This document shows, in pieces, positions 25,805-40,104 of a stretch of 64,000 nt of DNA. Numbering within the stretch: the first letter of the stretch is position 1; each line of letters opens with the position of its first letter. The notes under the pieces are model-generated. The model had not been told where the DNA came from. It did not search any database and saw only the letters and a program-made list of their open reading frames with translations. A program made the position numbers and the translations under genes. The stretch is taken from contig MU004243.1 in assembly GCA_010405405.1 (NCBI GenBank), forward strand, positions 1 through 64,000. Reading direction: 5' to 3'. This DNA is from Microthyrium microscopicum (taxonomy: Eukaryota).

Positions 25805-28500
25805 CTACCGATCACCTTGTTCCACCCTCGAAGTCTTGTCTCTCGAAGGCGGCGAATCCGGAGTCGTCACCGAGCGCGCCATAGTAGCTGGCAACCCAGG
25901 CTGCTCCTCCTCCGCCGCCAAGTCAAGCGCTTCCAACTGTCTCGACTCTTCGACAAGAATCTCATCATCATCTCCTCCAGCATCATGGCCTTTTTTGTCG
26001 TCGGGAGCACCCACAGCATGTCTAAATGCAACCTCCTGGCTCTGAGCATCAGTATAACTGTGGCCTTGATCACCGTGGACGAATTCTTCATCGTGGCGTT
26101 GTTGATCGTAGACTTGCTCATCCTCATCGCCTCCTTCATCATCATACTCCGCCTCCGGCTCTTCTACAATTCCCTCAAAGACCCCATCAAGCTCATCCTC
26201 TTCCTCCACAGTTCCTAGCACCACCGCCTCCCGTGTCTCCCCATCCAATGACTCCCTACCAGCCTCGGACATGAAACTCAGTTCCATATCATCCTGTTCC
26301 GTGCCATCCACCGATGGTCTACCGTCATACGTCCCAACCTCTGAAGTCTCCGACTCTGAATCCGAAAAGTCGTTCACGTCCAGCGGTCGATCCCGCCAAT
26401 AATTAAAGTCCGTATATTCCTCACCACCTTCCTTAACCAACATGCCCACCGGTGGAAAGTAATGATCCACCAACTCCCAAATGGAGAGATAGCTAGTTCG
26501 ATAGCTATTCAGAGTCATGAGAAAGAGTGAGATTTCTGCGTGGGAGTTGATGGTAAAGATACGCGTGGCTGGTATACTCACACTCCGATAACTCAGCGCA
26601 TCAGTAAGCCGATTTCCAAAGCCAGCGTAAAACGGCGTTCTTTGGTGAAAGTTCTTTGGGTCGCCGGCGGGCATAGGGTCAAGAAAGAGGTTCATGATGT
26701 CACGAAGACAGGCCATTTTGAAGACTTCGGGTTTGCGTAGATATACTTCTCGTCGGAGCGCGGCCATGGTGCGATCGGGACTGAGGATGACAGGACCTTT
26801 GGGTAATTTGTAGCCTTCTTGGACGACGCCGTTGAGGTAGCCGCGCGTTGTGTCTGCTTGGCCAACCGAGCGGGATGTTAGATACAGGATGTTGTAGCCA
26901 TTGGCGACAATGTCGGTGTAGAGCTTTGCGACTCCGAGATGGGTCCAGTCGCGGCCGATCATGTTCAGAACGTGGCCGAGGGCGTCGGATCTAGGAGAAT
27001 TAGAGGTCTTTCAGGTAAGGATGGGAGAGAAGACTAACTTTGTGATAGTTCCATCGATATCAGATATTACAATTGGGACGTCATGTTTCCAGTAGAATAT
27101 ACGAGCTTGACAGGCAGCCTTATTCACGGTGAAGCTCATATCATTAGGCCCTGGTTTGAGATCAAGAGATTTGAGTTGGTCGTTAGTAAGGCGTAGAGTT
27201 TTGGCATAATTCCTGGCTGGTCGCTTCAAAAATTGTTGCACGTTGGCAGACTCTGGAGAACTTGGACCCGAGAGACCCAGAGCACTATCTGAATCGCTTC
27301 GGAAGTGATCTCTCTGTTTGCCATCAGAATCAGACTCTGATTCACTTTGGCCGTCATCGCTATGATATCCTGGATCGGAGATGGCATCAGTAGATCTCAT
27401 CGCAAGGGGATTGAGAGTTCGCATATTGGCCTTTCGATCAGCGGCTTCTTTAGACTCTTCACTGCTGTAGATCCAGATATTGCCATGCTCATCCGCTCCG
27501 ATTAGAGAACCAATGCCCAAGCTACCCTGTTCGTCTTCGGCGAGAACTTTTCGCGCAATCACCTCTGCTTTCATTGCCTGCTCTTCATCACTTTTATATC
27601 CTGTCATATCCAGCATGAGATCTCCAGATGGTGATATATGGGTCGCAATGTTGGAGGTCCATAGTTTCTTCGAAAGCGCAACGGCTCGAGCATAGGCTTC
27701 ATTAGGAGGATTCGTTTCATCGACTTCAGGAGGAGCATGTAACTCTGGTGGTTGAGAAGCGCCGCGATCAAAGTGTTGCGGTTGTGGAGCGGATAGATTT
27801 TCAGGAAGATTGCGCAATGTCGACCAATCTCCAGATGACGGTCTTCGTAAGTCGGTCAAATGACCTTCGTGTGCATCAGCCGTTCCTATGTCCAAGGTTT
27901 TAGTATAGAGGGTACCACCGTCGCTTGTATGCCCAGTACCGTCAACACTTTTGGGCCGCTCTAATGCGGATCCAAGAAGAACTTGAGATTCTCTTCTCGT
28001 TTGAACGTCTGACTCTAGATTTAAAGGGTCTATGTCGGGTATTTCGCCAGTTGGTGTTGTGTCATTTGGAATCGCGCGAGGACTTGCGACAGGAGAGACG
28101 AGGGGGGAGGTTTGTAAATCGTGAGGTATCGAGTCGGAGGTTTCAAAAACAAAGAAGGCCTCTCCACCTTCTCCAACTTTCATAGGAAACTGTCGGGGTA
28201 TATCATTGACGGTAAAATCGACCTGGAAGCAATTAGGCACTAGTCTGTCGCAGGGAATGTATGGGACGAGTGTACCCTTTTGTCGGTAGGTCGAAGAAGC
28301 TGGAATTTGCCGAATCGGACATGAAAGGGGGAGCAGGCGAGGGTTCCTAAGTAATTAGATAATGTTTAGATGTTGGAGCGAGGCGGCTCACCATCTTCGC
28401 GCTCAACAACAATGACATCAATAGCACCGCTGAGAGTGGCGGGATTGATGGAGTTCCATGCCGTAGACACGGAGCCAGAGATGGAGCGAACGTATTGCAT
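25805..28500 (-). CDS. PAH1: Lipin-family phosphatidate phosphatase (Pah1/Ned1)
   Basis: N-LIP start MQYVRSISGSVSTAWNSINPATLSGAIDVIVVE at 28500 and CSPFHVRFGKFQLLRP. HAD motif DIDGT. LNS2 segment YLTSRSVGQADTTR...FYAGFGNRLTDALSY. Confidence 0.96.
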
Positions 28501-28855
28501 TCCAGCAATTTGTGATGAGCTAGAGGATGCGCAAAAGGAGGTTTGAGGGTGGACTACATAGGAGGGGAGTGTTGATGTTGGGAATAGGGACAGTAGCTTG
28601 GTGTGGAGATGGGTAGAGGAGGTTGAGTTGCCTTAGCTAGCGCAGCTTCAGGCGCACCTTAAGCAGCAGCAGACCAGACCAGGCACAAGACAAGCATCTG
28701 ATCATACATGTGGAATCAGCCGAACCAATCGGAAAACATCTGATAGGTTTAAGTTGATGTAACAAGTAAGCAATTAATATTTATTTTATTCAAGAATTCT
28801 GTTTAGGTGTTTGGAAACCTAACTCATTGTTTCAACGCCAGTAGCATGAAGAGTT

Positions 28856-29372
28856 CTATTCATCTATGAATGTATACATCTTCTGGATCCTGCCCTGAGC
28901 AATCGTTGCAACATCCTCTCCCAAAATATCTCCGAAAGTCCAAAGCAATCGAGCAATTTGAATGTCATTTTCTTCATCATAAGCAAGAATTTGTACCGAC
29001 CCTATATAGCGAGGTAGAGAATTAGCATGTGGGTTCCAGGAAAGTATAGTTTCAATGAGAAACCTACCTCGCACTGAAAAGACCTTTCCTACAAATTTGT
29101 CTAGCAATGTACCAACTAAAATGCTAATGTCGTTGTGATTTTTGAAAACACCGAAGTGGTCAATGAAAAGACAATCTCCATTTGGAGACCACAATCGATG
29201 AAGGCCTTGTAACCGTTTTTCGTGACTTGTTTCGCTAGAAAGTTGTTAACATAAGATTGTTGTGAAAGTTGTACTGCTAAACCTATAGCTTTACAACTGT
29301 ATACTGAACTGACCTAAAAACCAAGACTAAATTGTCCTGAAGGAGCTTGGATACCGCTTGTTCGGATGACAT
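28856..29372 (-). CDS. SnoaL-like / NTF2-fold small protein (3 exons)
   Basis: Spliced reading MSSEQAVSKLLQDNLVLVFSETSHEKRLQGLHRLWSPNGDCLFIDHFGVFKNHNDIS...GSVQILAY...RLLWTFG...GEDVATIAQGRIQKMYTFIDE. Introns GTCAGT..TAG and GTAGGT..TAG. The pattern resembles SnoaL_2-type proteins (family call from recognition, not a search). Confidence 0.7.
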
Positions 29373-29704
29373 GATTGAAGAGAGTAGAGAATGATTTGAA
29401 ATTGCTTTGAGAGAACACTATCAACCGAGCGACTAGCACTTTGTATCTATATAACACTAACGAATAACGATTCTAACGTGGTGGTACGCTAAAGTCCACC
29501 TGCATGGGGTCGAATACTACTCTACTGCGTGCATATCTAGTTCGATCAGTATGCGAGTTCGCTTTATACCTTCTAGCTTTAAATTCCAAATCGTTTGAGC
29601 TGACAAAACTGAAGTCATATCCTGCTTAATCTGACTTTGCTGCATTCCATCAATTGACCACAATTTTGAGCCCCTTCATACAGTATCCCAGCCTGATGGT
29701 GAAC

Positions 29705-31261
29705 ATGGATGAGGTTAGCCCAGCAGAAGAGGAACAGCCTGAGGCAAACAGCGAAGGATTTCAATTCATAAGTTTCAATGATCCAAAAAACATGAGCAGC
29801 TCTTCATCTCTCTCACTGATTCGTCGACATGCAATGAAGCAAATTGGCAAATCAAGACGCCGCCCAAGAGCGCATCGGAAGCTAGAACTCGTGCTTGATG
29901 CACAAAAGATGCAGACCCACGCCTCACCACATATACCAAAGTCTTGGTGGCTCGGCGCAGGACCAATGGATCCATTTGTCAAGTATCCAATAGATCTTGG
30001 GTCCAAGGAGCGTGAGCTGGTGACGCTAAGTAAGTCATGTTGTCCATCCAACTCGAATATTGCCGTCACAGTCCAGGTACTAACGAACCCCAGTATTCAA
30101 CAAGGAGATTCGTAGTCAGCTAGCTCTAAGAGACGCATGGTTCAGCGTAGGCCTATCAGATACTGCAACATTTTTGCTCGTTCTAGCCAATTCCGCTCTG
30201 GTCATGGACAGTGTTCGACATGGAGGCAGAGACCCAGAAGAGTCGGCTGATGCGTTGCAGTATCAGACACGCGCGATTAGATATACCAATTCGAAGCTTG
30301 GTGGTCTTATTGTGGTACCAACTGATGAAATGATTGGCAATGTCACTGGCTTGATGTGCTATAATGTATGGTGATCCTGGTCCCAATTTGTGGGGATATA
30401 GCTCATATGGGAGTAGGTTATTCTTGGGAAATATGATGCTTGGGTTATGCATCGCAATGGGCTAATCAGTATGGTTCAATTGGTCGGTGGAGTTGAACGT
30501 ATTGCTCTAAATGTACAGCTGCGTCTGACGATAAGTTGGTTTGTTGTCGCCTCCAGCATTTTCATAAAGATGCAACCACCTAACGGAACTTTTGCAGGGT
30601 GGAAATCCAGGGTGCCTTCGCCCTAGATCTTGAATGTGCATTTCCTTTGCCAGCACAGTGGGAGCAGTACTCCCATCCTATAGCGGACCACCAGGAGACA
30701 CTGTTGCCGCTGAAGTTGTGTGAAGCCTGGACTGTGAAATGGCCTCGGAGTCAGGACTGGCTAGATGTGTATCGCGATTTATTCCTCTTTTCACGACAAA
30801 CGTTCTTTGACACTCTCGGAGGCATCCAGTCTCCACATTCTGGAGGCTGGACAAATGCTATCATGCAACGGCTATTGGCAATGCGACCTCTTAGAAATAA
30901 CAGCTCTCCTGGGAGCAACGCGGAAGAAGCATGCAGGGTAGCCTCGCTTATCTACCTCGCTCCAATATGGCGCAAGTTTGGTGTCTTTCCCGTCCGTTCG
31001 ATAGTCTTAGTCAGCAAGCTAAGAAGTCTCTTATCCTCGCATCGCGTCGATTGGACTGGGCTTGAGTCGTTGCATCTGTGGGTGCTGTACATGGGGTATG
31101 TGGAAAGTTCTGGGGAGGACCGGGAATGGTTTGTGAGCGAGCTTGATGCTTGGTCAGTCCGATACGGACTAGAAAGTTGGGACTTGGTACAGCAATGTGT
31201 AAGGACCATCCTGTGGATTGATAATGTCTTTGGAGCGCCAGATAATTTGAAATCTCCTTAG
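29705..31261 (+). CDS. Fungal-specific transcription-factor-like protein (no Zn cluster seen)
   Basis: N-terminal FQFISF...IRRHAMKQIG and G.GPMDPF..YP segments typical of this fungal family. Several GT-AG introns join ORFs 29654, 30174 and 30599. C-terminal LHLWVLYMG...REWFV...CVRTILW. Confidence 0.72.
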
Positions 31262-32297
31262 ATTGATGCAAGTGGTTTATGTCGGTATGTAGCTTCAGCC
31301 TCGTTCAGCCTTGCCCTGCAGCTGCAATTAGCTGTACATGCAATAGCAAGGATACCACATACCAGATTTGGCTAGGTTAGATAAGTCGGTATAAGTCAGC
31401 ATTGGGTTTACCAATATGCTATTACTCATTGAGAGATGATATGGAAATGTATAAAATGCCATATTCCAGAAAAGTAAATATCCTGTTCAAATAAGGAGCA
31501 AAAGTTGAATTGTGCCCATATTCACCTCGTATACTTGCAGACACTATCCAAAACTTTCTTGACATATTTTGAAACATCTTCATAGAAATGGATTCCTTGC
31601 CAGAAGACTACTTTGTGACTAGCATGCAGTTTACAAAGCATGTTTACCGCGACACTTACCCATCAATTGATCCAACCTCGCCAGCCTTATCACAGAAAGG
31701 TAAAGTGATCATCATTACTGGTGCAAGCAGAGGGCTTGGAGCAAGGGTATGCCCCCTTACACGTCCGATCTTCCTTCGATTGATAGTGATTAACGATCCA
31801 TAGGCTTTTGTCCCATCATTTGCCAAAGCAGGCGCCAAAGCTATTGTACTTGTGGCACGAGATCCTGAACGCCTGAAGACCGCTGAAGCAGAGTTCAAGT
31901 CCAGCTATCCGAACACACATTTCTTGAGCATTTCCTGTGACGTTTCCGACGAGGAGTCGGTGAAGCACCTCTTTGCAAAGGTGGAAGAGGCATTTGGACA
32001 TGCTAATGTGCTCGTCAACAACGCTGGTGTGCTACAAACTGGTGGCAATGTCAAGGATGTTGAGGGAGCAGCTTGGTGGAAAGAAATGGTAAGTTCAACA
32101 GCCTCTGCCACTCCATCAAAGTCGCTAATAAAAAATAATAGACTCTGAACTCTTACGGCAACTTCCTCGTCACTCAATACTTCCTCAAATCGACGCCAGC
32201 GGACGCCAAAAGTACAATCATCAGCCTCACCACTGGCGCCGCACACCAAGTCTATCCTGGCTTGAGCGCATACGCGCTCTCCAAGCTCGTGGTCCTG

Positions 32298-32386
32298 TTA
32301 TCTCAGTTCTCAGACCCTAACCCTGCCCGTCCGCGGGCTCCCTCCGCAGGAGGGTCTAAGGCCAACTTGGACCTTTTTAGTGCGAC
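32298..32386 (+). repeat. Left degenerate terminal inverted repeat
   Basis: TTATCTCAG..CAGA..TCCGCGGGCT..GTCTAAGGCCAACTTGGACCTTTTTAGTGCGAC matches the reverse complement of 62837-62922 in blocks (9/9, 9/10, 25/33). Confidence 0.8.
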
Positions 32387-33470
32387 GCGCTTTATAGTTG
32401 TTAGTAAATGCCTATATTATTGTAACTATGTTCTTACTACTAATATATAAATATTTTTAATAATTCTACTATTATTATAATTATTATTTTTTCTTCTATT
32501 AATTCTATAAATTATACCTCCTATTAGAAGTACGCGTTATAGAGAAGAGTCTTATAAAAATAACCTAATTTCTATATAGGCTAGGTATATCTCTTTTTAG
32601 TAATAATAGTAGCAAAGGTAGATTTATCTCTATAATAATAAAGACTCTATATTTATATATCTTTAGTAATATAATAACTATAATAGATCCTATAAATACC
32701 TTAAGTAGGATTTAATATAAGCCTAATAATACTAAACTATTAAGTTATTTATAACTAGTAGTAATAATAATACTATAGTAAAGCCTAAACTTAGTTAAAT
32801 AAAAGCTTACTTTAATACTAAAATATATTTAAGATTAGAAGATAACTATAAAATTATTTCTTCTATTATAGGCTAGCTAAAAAGATACTTATAGCAATAT
32901 TATTCTTAATAGTAACCTATACGCTAACGTTACTACTTACTATAAGCTTTTAAAGAACGTTATAAAAGAGTTATTAAGTAATAAAATTTTGTTAGAGTAT
33001 TATATAAATTCTAAACTATAGGTAAAGTTTTATGCTCTTATAAAACTTATAAGCTTTAACTACTTTAGTAATAGAGTAAATAATATAAATATTAACTTTA
33101 AGAAAGCTATTAAGAAAATAAAAAATACTATACCTATTTAGATAGCTTTCCTTTATAAACTTATACGTAATTAAAACTATAAGATATATAAACAAAGTAA
33201 TAAGCTAGAATAGAAGCTTATATATATAATTATAATAATTATTCTTTATTAGTAAAGTAGAGAAATAAATAACTATTTAGTAGTAACGCTTAGAGTTTAT
33301 CTACTTAAGTTAAGTATAAAGAGATAGGTTATAGACTTACTAGTAGTTCTTAGAATATATACTAGTTATAAAACTATACTAAGGTATATAAAAAAAGTTT
33401 TAAAATAAGCCTTAGTATATAATAATACTATACTTAGTATTAAATATAAAATCTTACAAAATCTTTAAAT

Positions 33471-33550
33471 ATATTATAAGATCTTTATATATCTTATAAT
33501 ATCTTTATATATATTATAAGATCTTTATATATCTTATAATATCTTTAAAA
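33471..33550. repeat. 40-bp direct repeat x2
   Basis: ATATTATAAGATCTTTATATATCTTATAATATCTTTA at 33471 and 33511. Confidence 0.7.
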
Positions 33551-36500
33551 ATCTTAAGTTTATAACCTTAAAAGACTTTATATATTACTAACGCCTAATA
33601 TATAGAGAAATATTAAATAATATGTATTAAACTATTAAGCTATCCTATATTATAATAATATAAACTTTATATCTTATAAGTATAACGAGATAGTAAGTAA
33701 TACTATAAGTATAGTAGCTATTACTACTACTATTATTATAATCTATCTATCCTTATTTTTAAAAGGACTAATATAAGATATATACGATCTAATAAAGGAG
33801 TTTAACTAGAAATTAATATAAGAAAGCCTATTAGTAAAGGCTAATAGCTAAGGAGGTAAATATATTAAAACCATTAGCTAATACTTTATTATAAATACTT
33901 TAAAACGTAGTATTCTAGATATTATTAAACCTTAGATTATAAAGTATAAAAAAGATAAACACTAGCCTAGTATACTAAATATTAATATACTTATACTATA
34001 TAAGATAGAGTTTAATTAGCTTAGTACTATTATAGAGAATAAAGAAATAATAAATAGTACTTACTAAGTATATAATAAAATTTTCTTATAACATTTTAGC
34101 TTCTTAAAACCTTTAATTAATAATATAAGAGATATAGTCTTATTATTAAATATTATAGTGTCTATTCTATTCTCTTTACCTAATTCTAAACTAAATGCCT
34201 CTTTATTTAGTATAGTCTATTTATCTTCTAGCTAAATATATAGTAAAAGTTTATCTATCTATTATATCTTTAGCTAAGACGAATCTAATATAGATATATC
34301 TAAGAATATATTCCTATCTAGTAGTAGCCCTAAAGATAATAACTATAATAATAACTATAATAATAAGTAGATTAATATTAAAGATAATAATATAAGTAAG
34401 TTTAATAATAGTAAAATAGGAGAGGCGTCTAATAAAGAAAGTAGTATAGATATTAAGTCTATTAGTAATATAAGTACGTTTCCTAATCCTAGACGTAGTA
34501 TTCCTCTAGTAGATTCTATACTAGTATTATTATCTAGTATCTTAAGTATAGTTAGTAATAAAAACTCTACTAATAGTTTATAAGCGTTAGATCTAAGTAC
34601 TAAGATTTTTAGAAAGAGGCTATTTCTTACTTATAGTAATTAGTTAAGTATAAAGATTAACTACTCTATTAAAGCTAAGGCATTTAATAAAATATAACTA
34701 TATAATTTAAGGAAGTTCCTTTATCTAGTTCCTAGGTAATTCTATATATATATAAACTACTTTTTCTATATTATTTAAACCTATTAGGATTTCTCTAAGG
34801 TTAATATACTAGCTTTATATTCTATTATATATAACGTTAGTATATAGGGACAAAGCTATAAAAAGCGTAATAATGCCTAAATCTATTAGGTTATTCCTAT
34901 CTTAATATAAGGATTTAGTAGTAGAGTCTTAGCATTATTTTTATAGAGTCTAGACTAAAAAGGTTACTACCTTAAGTATATTAATAATTTATTCTTTACT
35001 ATTCTAAAACTACTTAAATCCTATATTAATAGGTTATCTATAGAATAGTTTAATAAGATTATTAAAAATATCTATTAAATAGCTTTTATAAGAAAAGTAT
35101 AAGATAAGCGCCTAAATAAGAATAATAATATTAAGTTCTAAATTATATACTAGTACTTATAAAAGATTAAGTTACTCTTAACTATATAATATACTCTTTA
35201 ATATAGTAATATTAGACTTTTATGCCTCCTAGTTAATTTTCTAACTATTTACTTTTATAGTACTAGTTAGAATAACTATAAAGATAAGATATTATAGCTT
35301 AAGTAGAACTTATCTAATATAAATACTCCTAAACTTTAAAGGTTTATCCTAGCCTTAAGCTTAGTTAACTAGGAAGGCTATAAGAACTTCTTTAAGCCTA
35401 TAGATTTAGGATTAGAGTATTTAAATAGTAACTATAGTAGAGATATAAAGTTATTTAATAACTTAACTTATAATATTAAAGTAATATTTAATAGAGTCTA
35501 CCTTTATAATATATATATATATTATTTATAAGATATATTTATATATATATTTATATGTAAGGCTAGTAATAAGTATACTAATACTAGTATAGAGTATAAT
35601 ATATTTTTATTATACTAGAATTTAATTAAAAATAGCCTTATAAAGTCTTAACCTTAGTTAGTAATTAAGAACTACGACTTATATTATAACTTACTAAATA
35701 TAAAGAGAATAGGACTTAATAAGCTTAATATTAAAGCTAAGTCTTTTAATTATAAAACTACTATTAAGTAAGATTATATAAGGAATAATATTATAACTAG
35801 GCTTATTAACATTCTTAACTAAGATATTAATAGTAATAACTTAGATATATAAGAAGAGGTTATAATAGAGGAGACTATAGATAATATATTATTTAATAAA
35901 GATAATCCTAGCGTATTTAAAGCTATAGAAGTTAATTTATAAATATATATTTATTTAAGGTTTCTACTTTAGTCGTAATTTATATAAGGTTAAAATTATA
36001 GTAAGATATAATAGAATCTTATCTATTATAATATAATCTAATTAATATTAGAAAATATTAGATAATATAAGATAATATTAGCTAATAGGATTACGCTATT
36101 TAATTTAGCCTTACTAATAAATACTTTCTTATTTCTATAATAGAATCATTTTAATAAATAACTCTAAGTACGTCTTAAATATAGAATAGTATATTAACCT
36201 TTATTATACGTTAAATATAGAAGAGTTTAGAGTTACTATAATCTTCTATTTAAGTATTAGTTATATCTATTTATTAGTTTAAGCTTATTCTAAGTTAGCT
36301 TAAAGTATAGAGATAAGAGTAATTTTACGCTACTAGGTAAACTACTATTATCTATATTAATAGTTTAAATTATTATCTTAGCCTTACTTATTATAATATA
36401 GGATTCTCTATAAGCCTACAAGGTAATATATAGAATAATAAATAATTATATTCTATCTCGTATTAGTTCTATAATATTTTAAGTTTTATCTAAGGATAGT

Positions 36501-37149
36501 TAGTAATTAAGGTTCTCTTACTATAAATAAAGTAGTAGCCTCTTTTAGCTTTAATATAGCTTTATCTTAGAAAGAAGTTAGTATATTATCTAATAAAGTT
36601 ATAGTATAGTAAAATATACTATATATGCGTCTAAAGTAGCAAGGAAATTAATAGACGTATAGGCTAGTTCTAAGGAGGTAGTTCCTAACTTTCTACTCTA
36701 TTATTAGCTATAACATTTAATATAATAAGGATATTAATATTAATATAGGTTAGTAGAGTATAGTAGGAGGTTTATTAACTATTTAGTCTAGTAGTAGTTA
36801 TAACTACTACTAAGTAATAGTAAACGTCTTAGAGAGTTTTTAAAGGAAAAGGAAGAAGAAGAAGAAGTAATATATATCTATAAATAGTAATAATATATTA
36901 TACTCTCTATAGTCTAATAAGCTTTTAGAGTTTAGTAATCTTATTAAGAAGTATATACTTATTACTATATTTAGGACCTCTAAGACTTATAATAAGTAGA
37001 TTTGCTTCATTTGCTCTAGTAATATTATAAGTATAGTTAAATTGCTCTCTCTATTTATTAGATTATTTTAAAGTACTTCTATTACTTCTTCTATATAATC
37101 TACTAAGTAATTACATAGTAAGTATTAATAGTACTATATATTACGCCTT

Positions 37150-37410
37150 ATGCTAGCTATTAATGCTAACTTAGTAGAATTAATTACTTAAGTATTAAAG
37201 TTATTAATTTATAAGTAGATAGTATAATTAGCGCGCTATACTAGTTATTAATACTAATTCTATTAAGTTAATTAGCTATATATTAGCTTTATTATAAGGT
37301 AGGTAAATAGTATAGCTAGCACGCTATAATAATTATTAATGCTAGTTTTATAGGGTTAATTAGCTATATCTTAACTTTATTATAAAGTAAGTAAAGAGTA
37401 TAATTAGGTA
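37150..37410. repeat. Degenerate tandem array, ~88-bp unit, ~3 copies
   Basis: CGCTATA at 37234 and 37322. TTAATTAGCTATA at 37268 and 37356. Confidence 0.6.
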
Positions 37411-40104
37411 TCTTTAGTTTTATTAATTATTAAAGTTATTCTACTAGCCTCTATATTAGTTCTTTTAACTTCTTACTATATAAATATTTAGTAAGAAGCT
37501 ATAGTAGCTAGAAGTAGCAAGAAGAGTGCTATTAGAGAAATAAATATAGTAAAGTTTAAGAGTATTCTAAGCATTATCTAAGAAGAAAAGAGAATAGGTA
37601 AGAAGAGTAATATAAGTAAAGTAAATAGAAAGTTATAACTAAATAATATACTTACTAGCTTACTTATTCTTTTCTTTTAGTAAGATCTTTACCTTCCTAA
37701 TATTTAGGTACTATATATTAGTATAACCTAGACTATAACTACTAATTACCCTATATATTGCTCCTAACTTAGTAGTAGTTCTCTCTAATTACTAAAGAGT
37801 TATTAGTAATATTTATATATATATATATATATATTACTAAGGGAGGAAGCTATAGTAGTATATAGGCAGATAGTAGAGTAGATCTAGTAAGCCTATTAAA
37901 CGTTAGACATTTACTTCTTACTAAGGTCGTTATTAAAGTAAAATACTAGCTAGCTCTTTTAAGTATTACTATCTCTAAATAACTAATAGGTAGTTTTAAG
38001 GTTTATTATTTTTTATAATAGATAAACCTAGAAGGTATATATACTAATTAAGGCACCTATTTAAAGATTACCTACGTAATAAGGTAATAACTCTAAAACT
38101 TTACTAAAGTAAAGGTTAATAAGCATACTATTTATATATATTTATATTAATTAGTAAGAAAGACTATACCTAGGTCTAATTATAAGTATTAATATAAATA
38201 ATTATAATAAGAAATAAAGAAAATCTTACTAAAGTAGATTTTAATAAGTATACTATTTATATATTTATAATTAATTAGTAAGAAAGAGTATATATATATC
38301 TAAATCTAGGCTATTAATATAACTATTTATATTAATTAATAAATAAGGAAGGAAACTAACTAGTAAATATCTATATAGATTTAAACTCTAGTAATACTAG
38401 ATTTAGTAGCTATAGCTTATATACTACTTCGTAGTATAATATAAGTAAGGAATTAGGAAGGGTTTAATAACTATAGTTTCCTCTATATCTAATAGAATAT
38501 TTATAAGTTATAAGGTTATAGTATTGCTAGCTACTTTAGTTACTATAATTACTAGGGAATTAGGTAGTATATACCTACTATAGAAAGAAAGAGAAAATAT
38601 AGTAATTTATATATTCTCTTATACTACTANNNNNNNNNNNNNNNNNNNNNNNNNNNNNNNNNNNNNNNNNNNNNNNNNNNNNNNNNNNNNNNNNNNNNNN
38701 NNNNNNNNNNNNNNNNNNNNNNNNNNNNNNNNNNNNNNNNNNNNNNNNNNNNNNNNNNNNNNNNNNNNNNNNNNNNNNNNNNNNNNNNNNNNNNNNNNNN
38801 NNNNNNNNNNNNNNNNNNNNNNNNNNNNNNNNNNNNNNNNNNNNNNNNNNNNNNNNNNNNNNNNNNNNNNNNNNNNNNNNNNNNNNNNNNNNNNNNNNNN
38901 NNNNNNNNNNNNNNNNNNNNNNNNNNNNNNNNNNNNNNNNNNNNNNNNNNNNNNNNNNNNNNNNNNNNNNNNNNNNNNNNNNNNNNNNNNNNNNNNNNNN
39001 NNNNNNNNNNNNNNNNNNNNNNNNNNNNNNNNNNNNNNNNNNNNNNNNNNNNNNNNNNNNNNNNNNNNNNNNNNNNNNNNNNNNNNNNNNNNNNNNNNNN
39101 NNNNNNNNNNNNNNNNNNNNNNNNNNNNNNNNNNNNNNNNNNNNTTATAAATAATTTTAATATATAGTATAATATATAGATAAGGAGAAGACTAATACTA
39201 AAGTAATAGAGGTTATAAAGAAGTATAGAATAAATATAAGTTATAATATAAATACATAATAGGTACCTAAGATTTAAGTAAGTACTTAACAAGATTATAT
39301 AATAAAGACTTTATACGTAATTTAGGTTTATCTTACCTAATAGAAAATATACTCTTTAGGAAACTATTTCTTAGCGTCTAGAATAAATAGGAATTATAAT
39401 TATAAGTTATTAGTAAGTATAAGTTATTAGTAATTATAGATTATTATTATTAGTAGACTATTAGTTAGTTAGGTTAGTAGTAAGATTAGTTTTATTTTTA
39501 TCTAATATAATATAATCTAATATTAGAACTTATTAGAAGATCTTAGCTAATAGAATACTAGGAATAGTTCTTTACCTTAGTAGTATATAATATAGAAATT
39601 TTAACTTACTTTCTTATAAAGTTTACTATAAAATATTAACTTAACTAAGGTAGGACTACCTAATAATAACTAGAATAAGTATAAATAAGTATAAGCTAGT
39701 AAATAATTTAGTACGTATAATATTAGAGATTTTATTATAATTATTTTATATATAGCTATCTAAGGCTTAGAGTTAGTAAAGAATAATAAAGTAATAAGAG
39801 AGATTCTAACTTATAGTTAAAGTATTAGAGCTATTCCTTAATTTATGCTTAACTTATTATTATACTAGAAAAGAATATATTATTAAGCTAGTGCTAAATA
39901 TAGATATATATCTTATAGCTATATATTCTTCCTTAGGTTTTAGTTTTAAGCTTATTTATATAAGCTAAATAAGTTATAAATACTTATATATTACTTAGTT
40001 ATTATAATATTTAGGTTTACTATACTTCTAGCCTATTAATCTTATCCTAGTAATTAATTATTATATAACTAGCGTAGCTTATTAAAATAATTAAGACTAA
40101 TATT

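Noticed and set aside
32315..32324. Telomere-like CCCTAACCCT just inside the left end
   Set aside because: Under two repeat units and absent from the other two ends, so chance is likely.
38627..39292. 221-aa ORF in the track
   Set aside because: Artefact of reading through the N gap.
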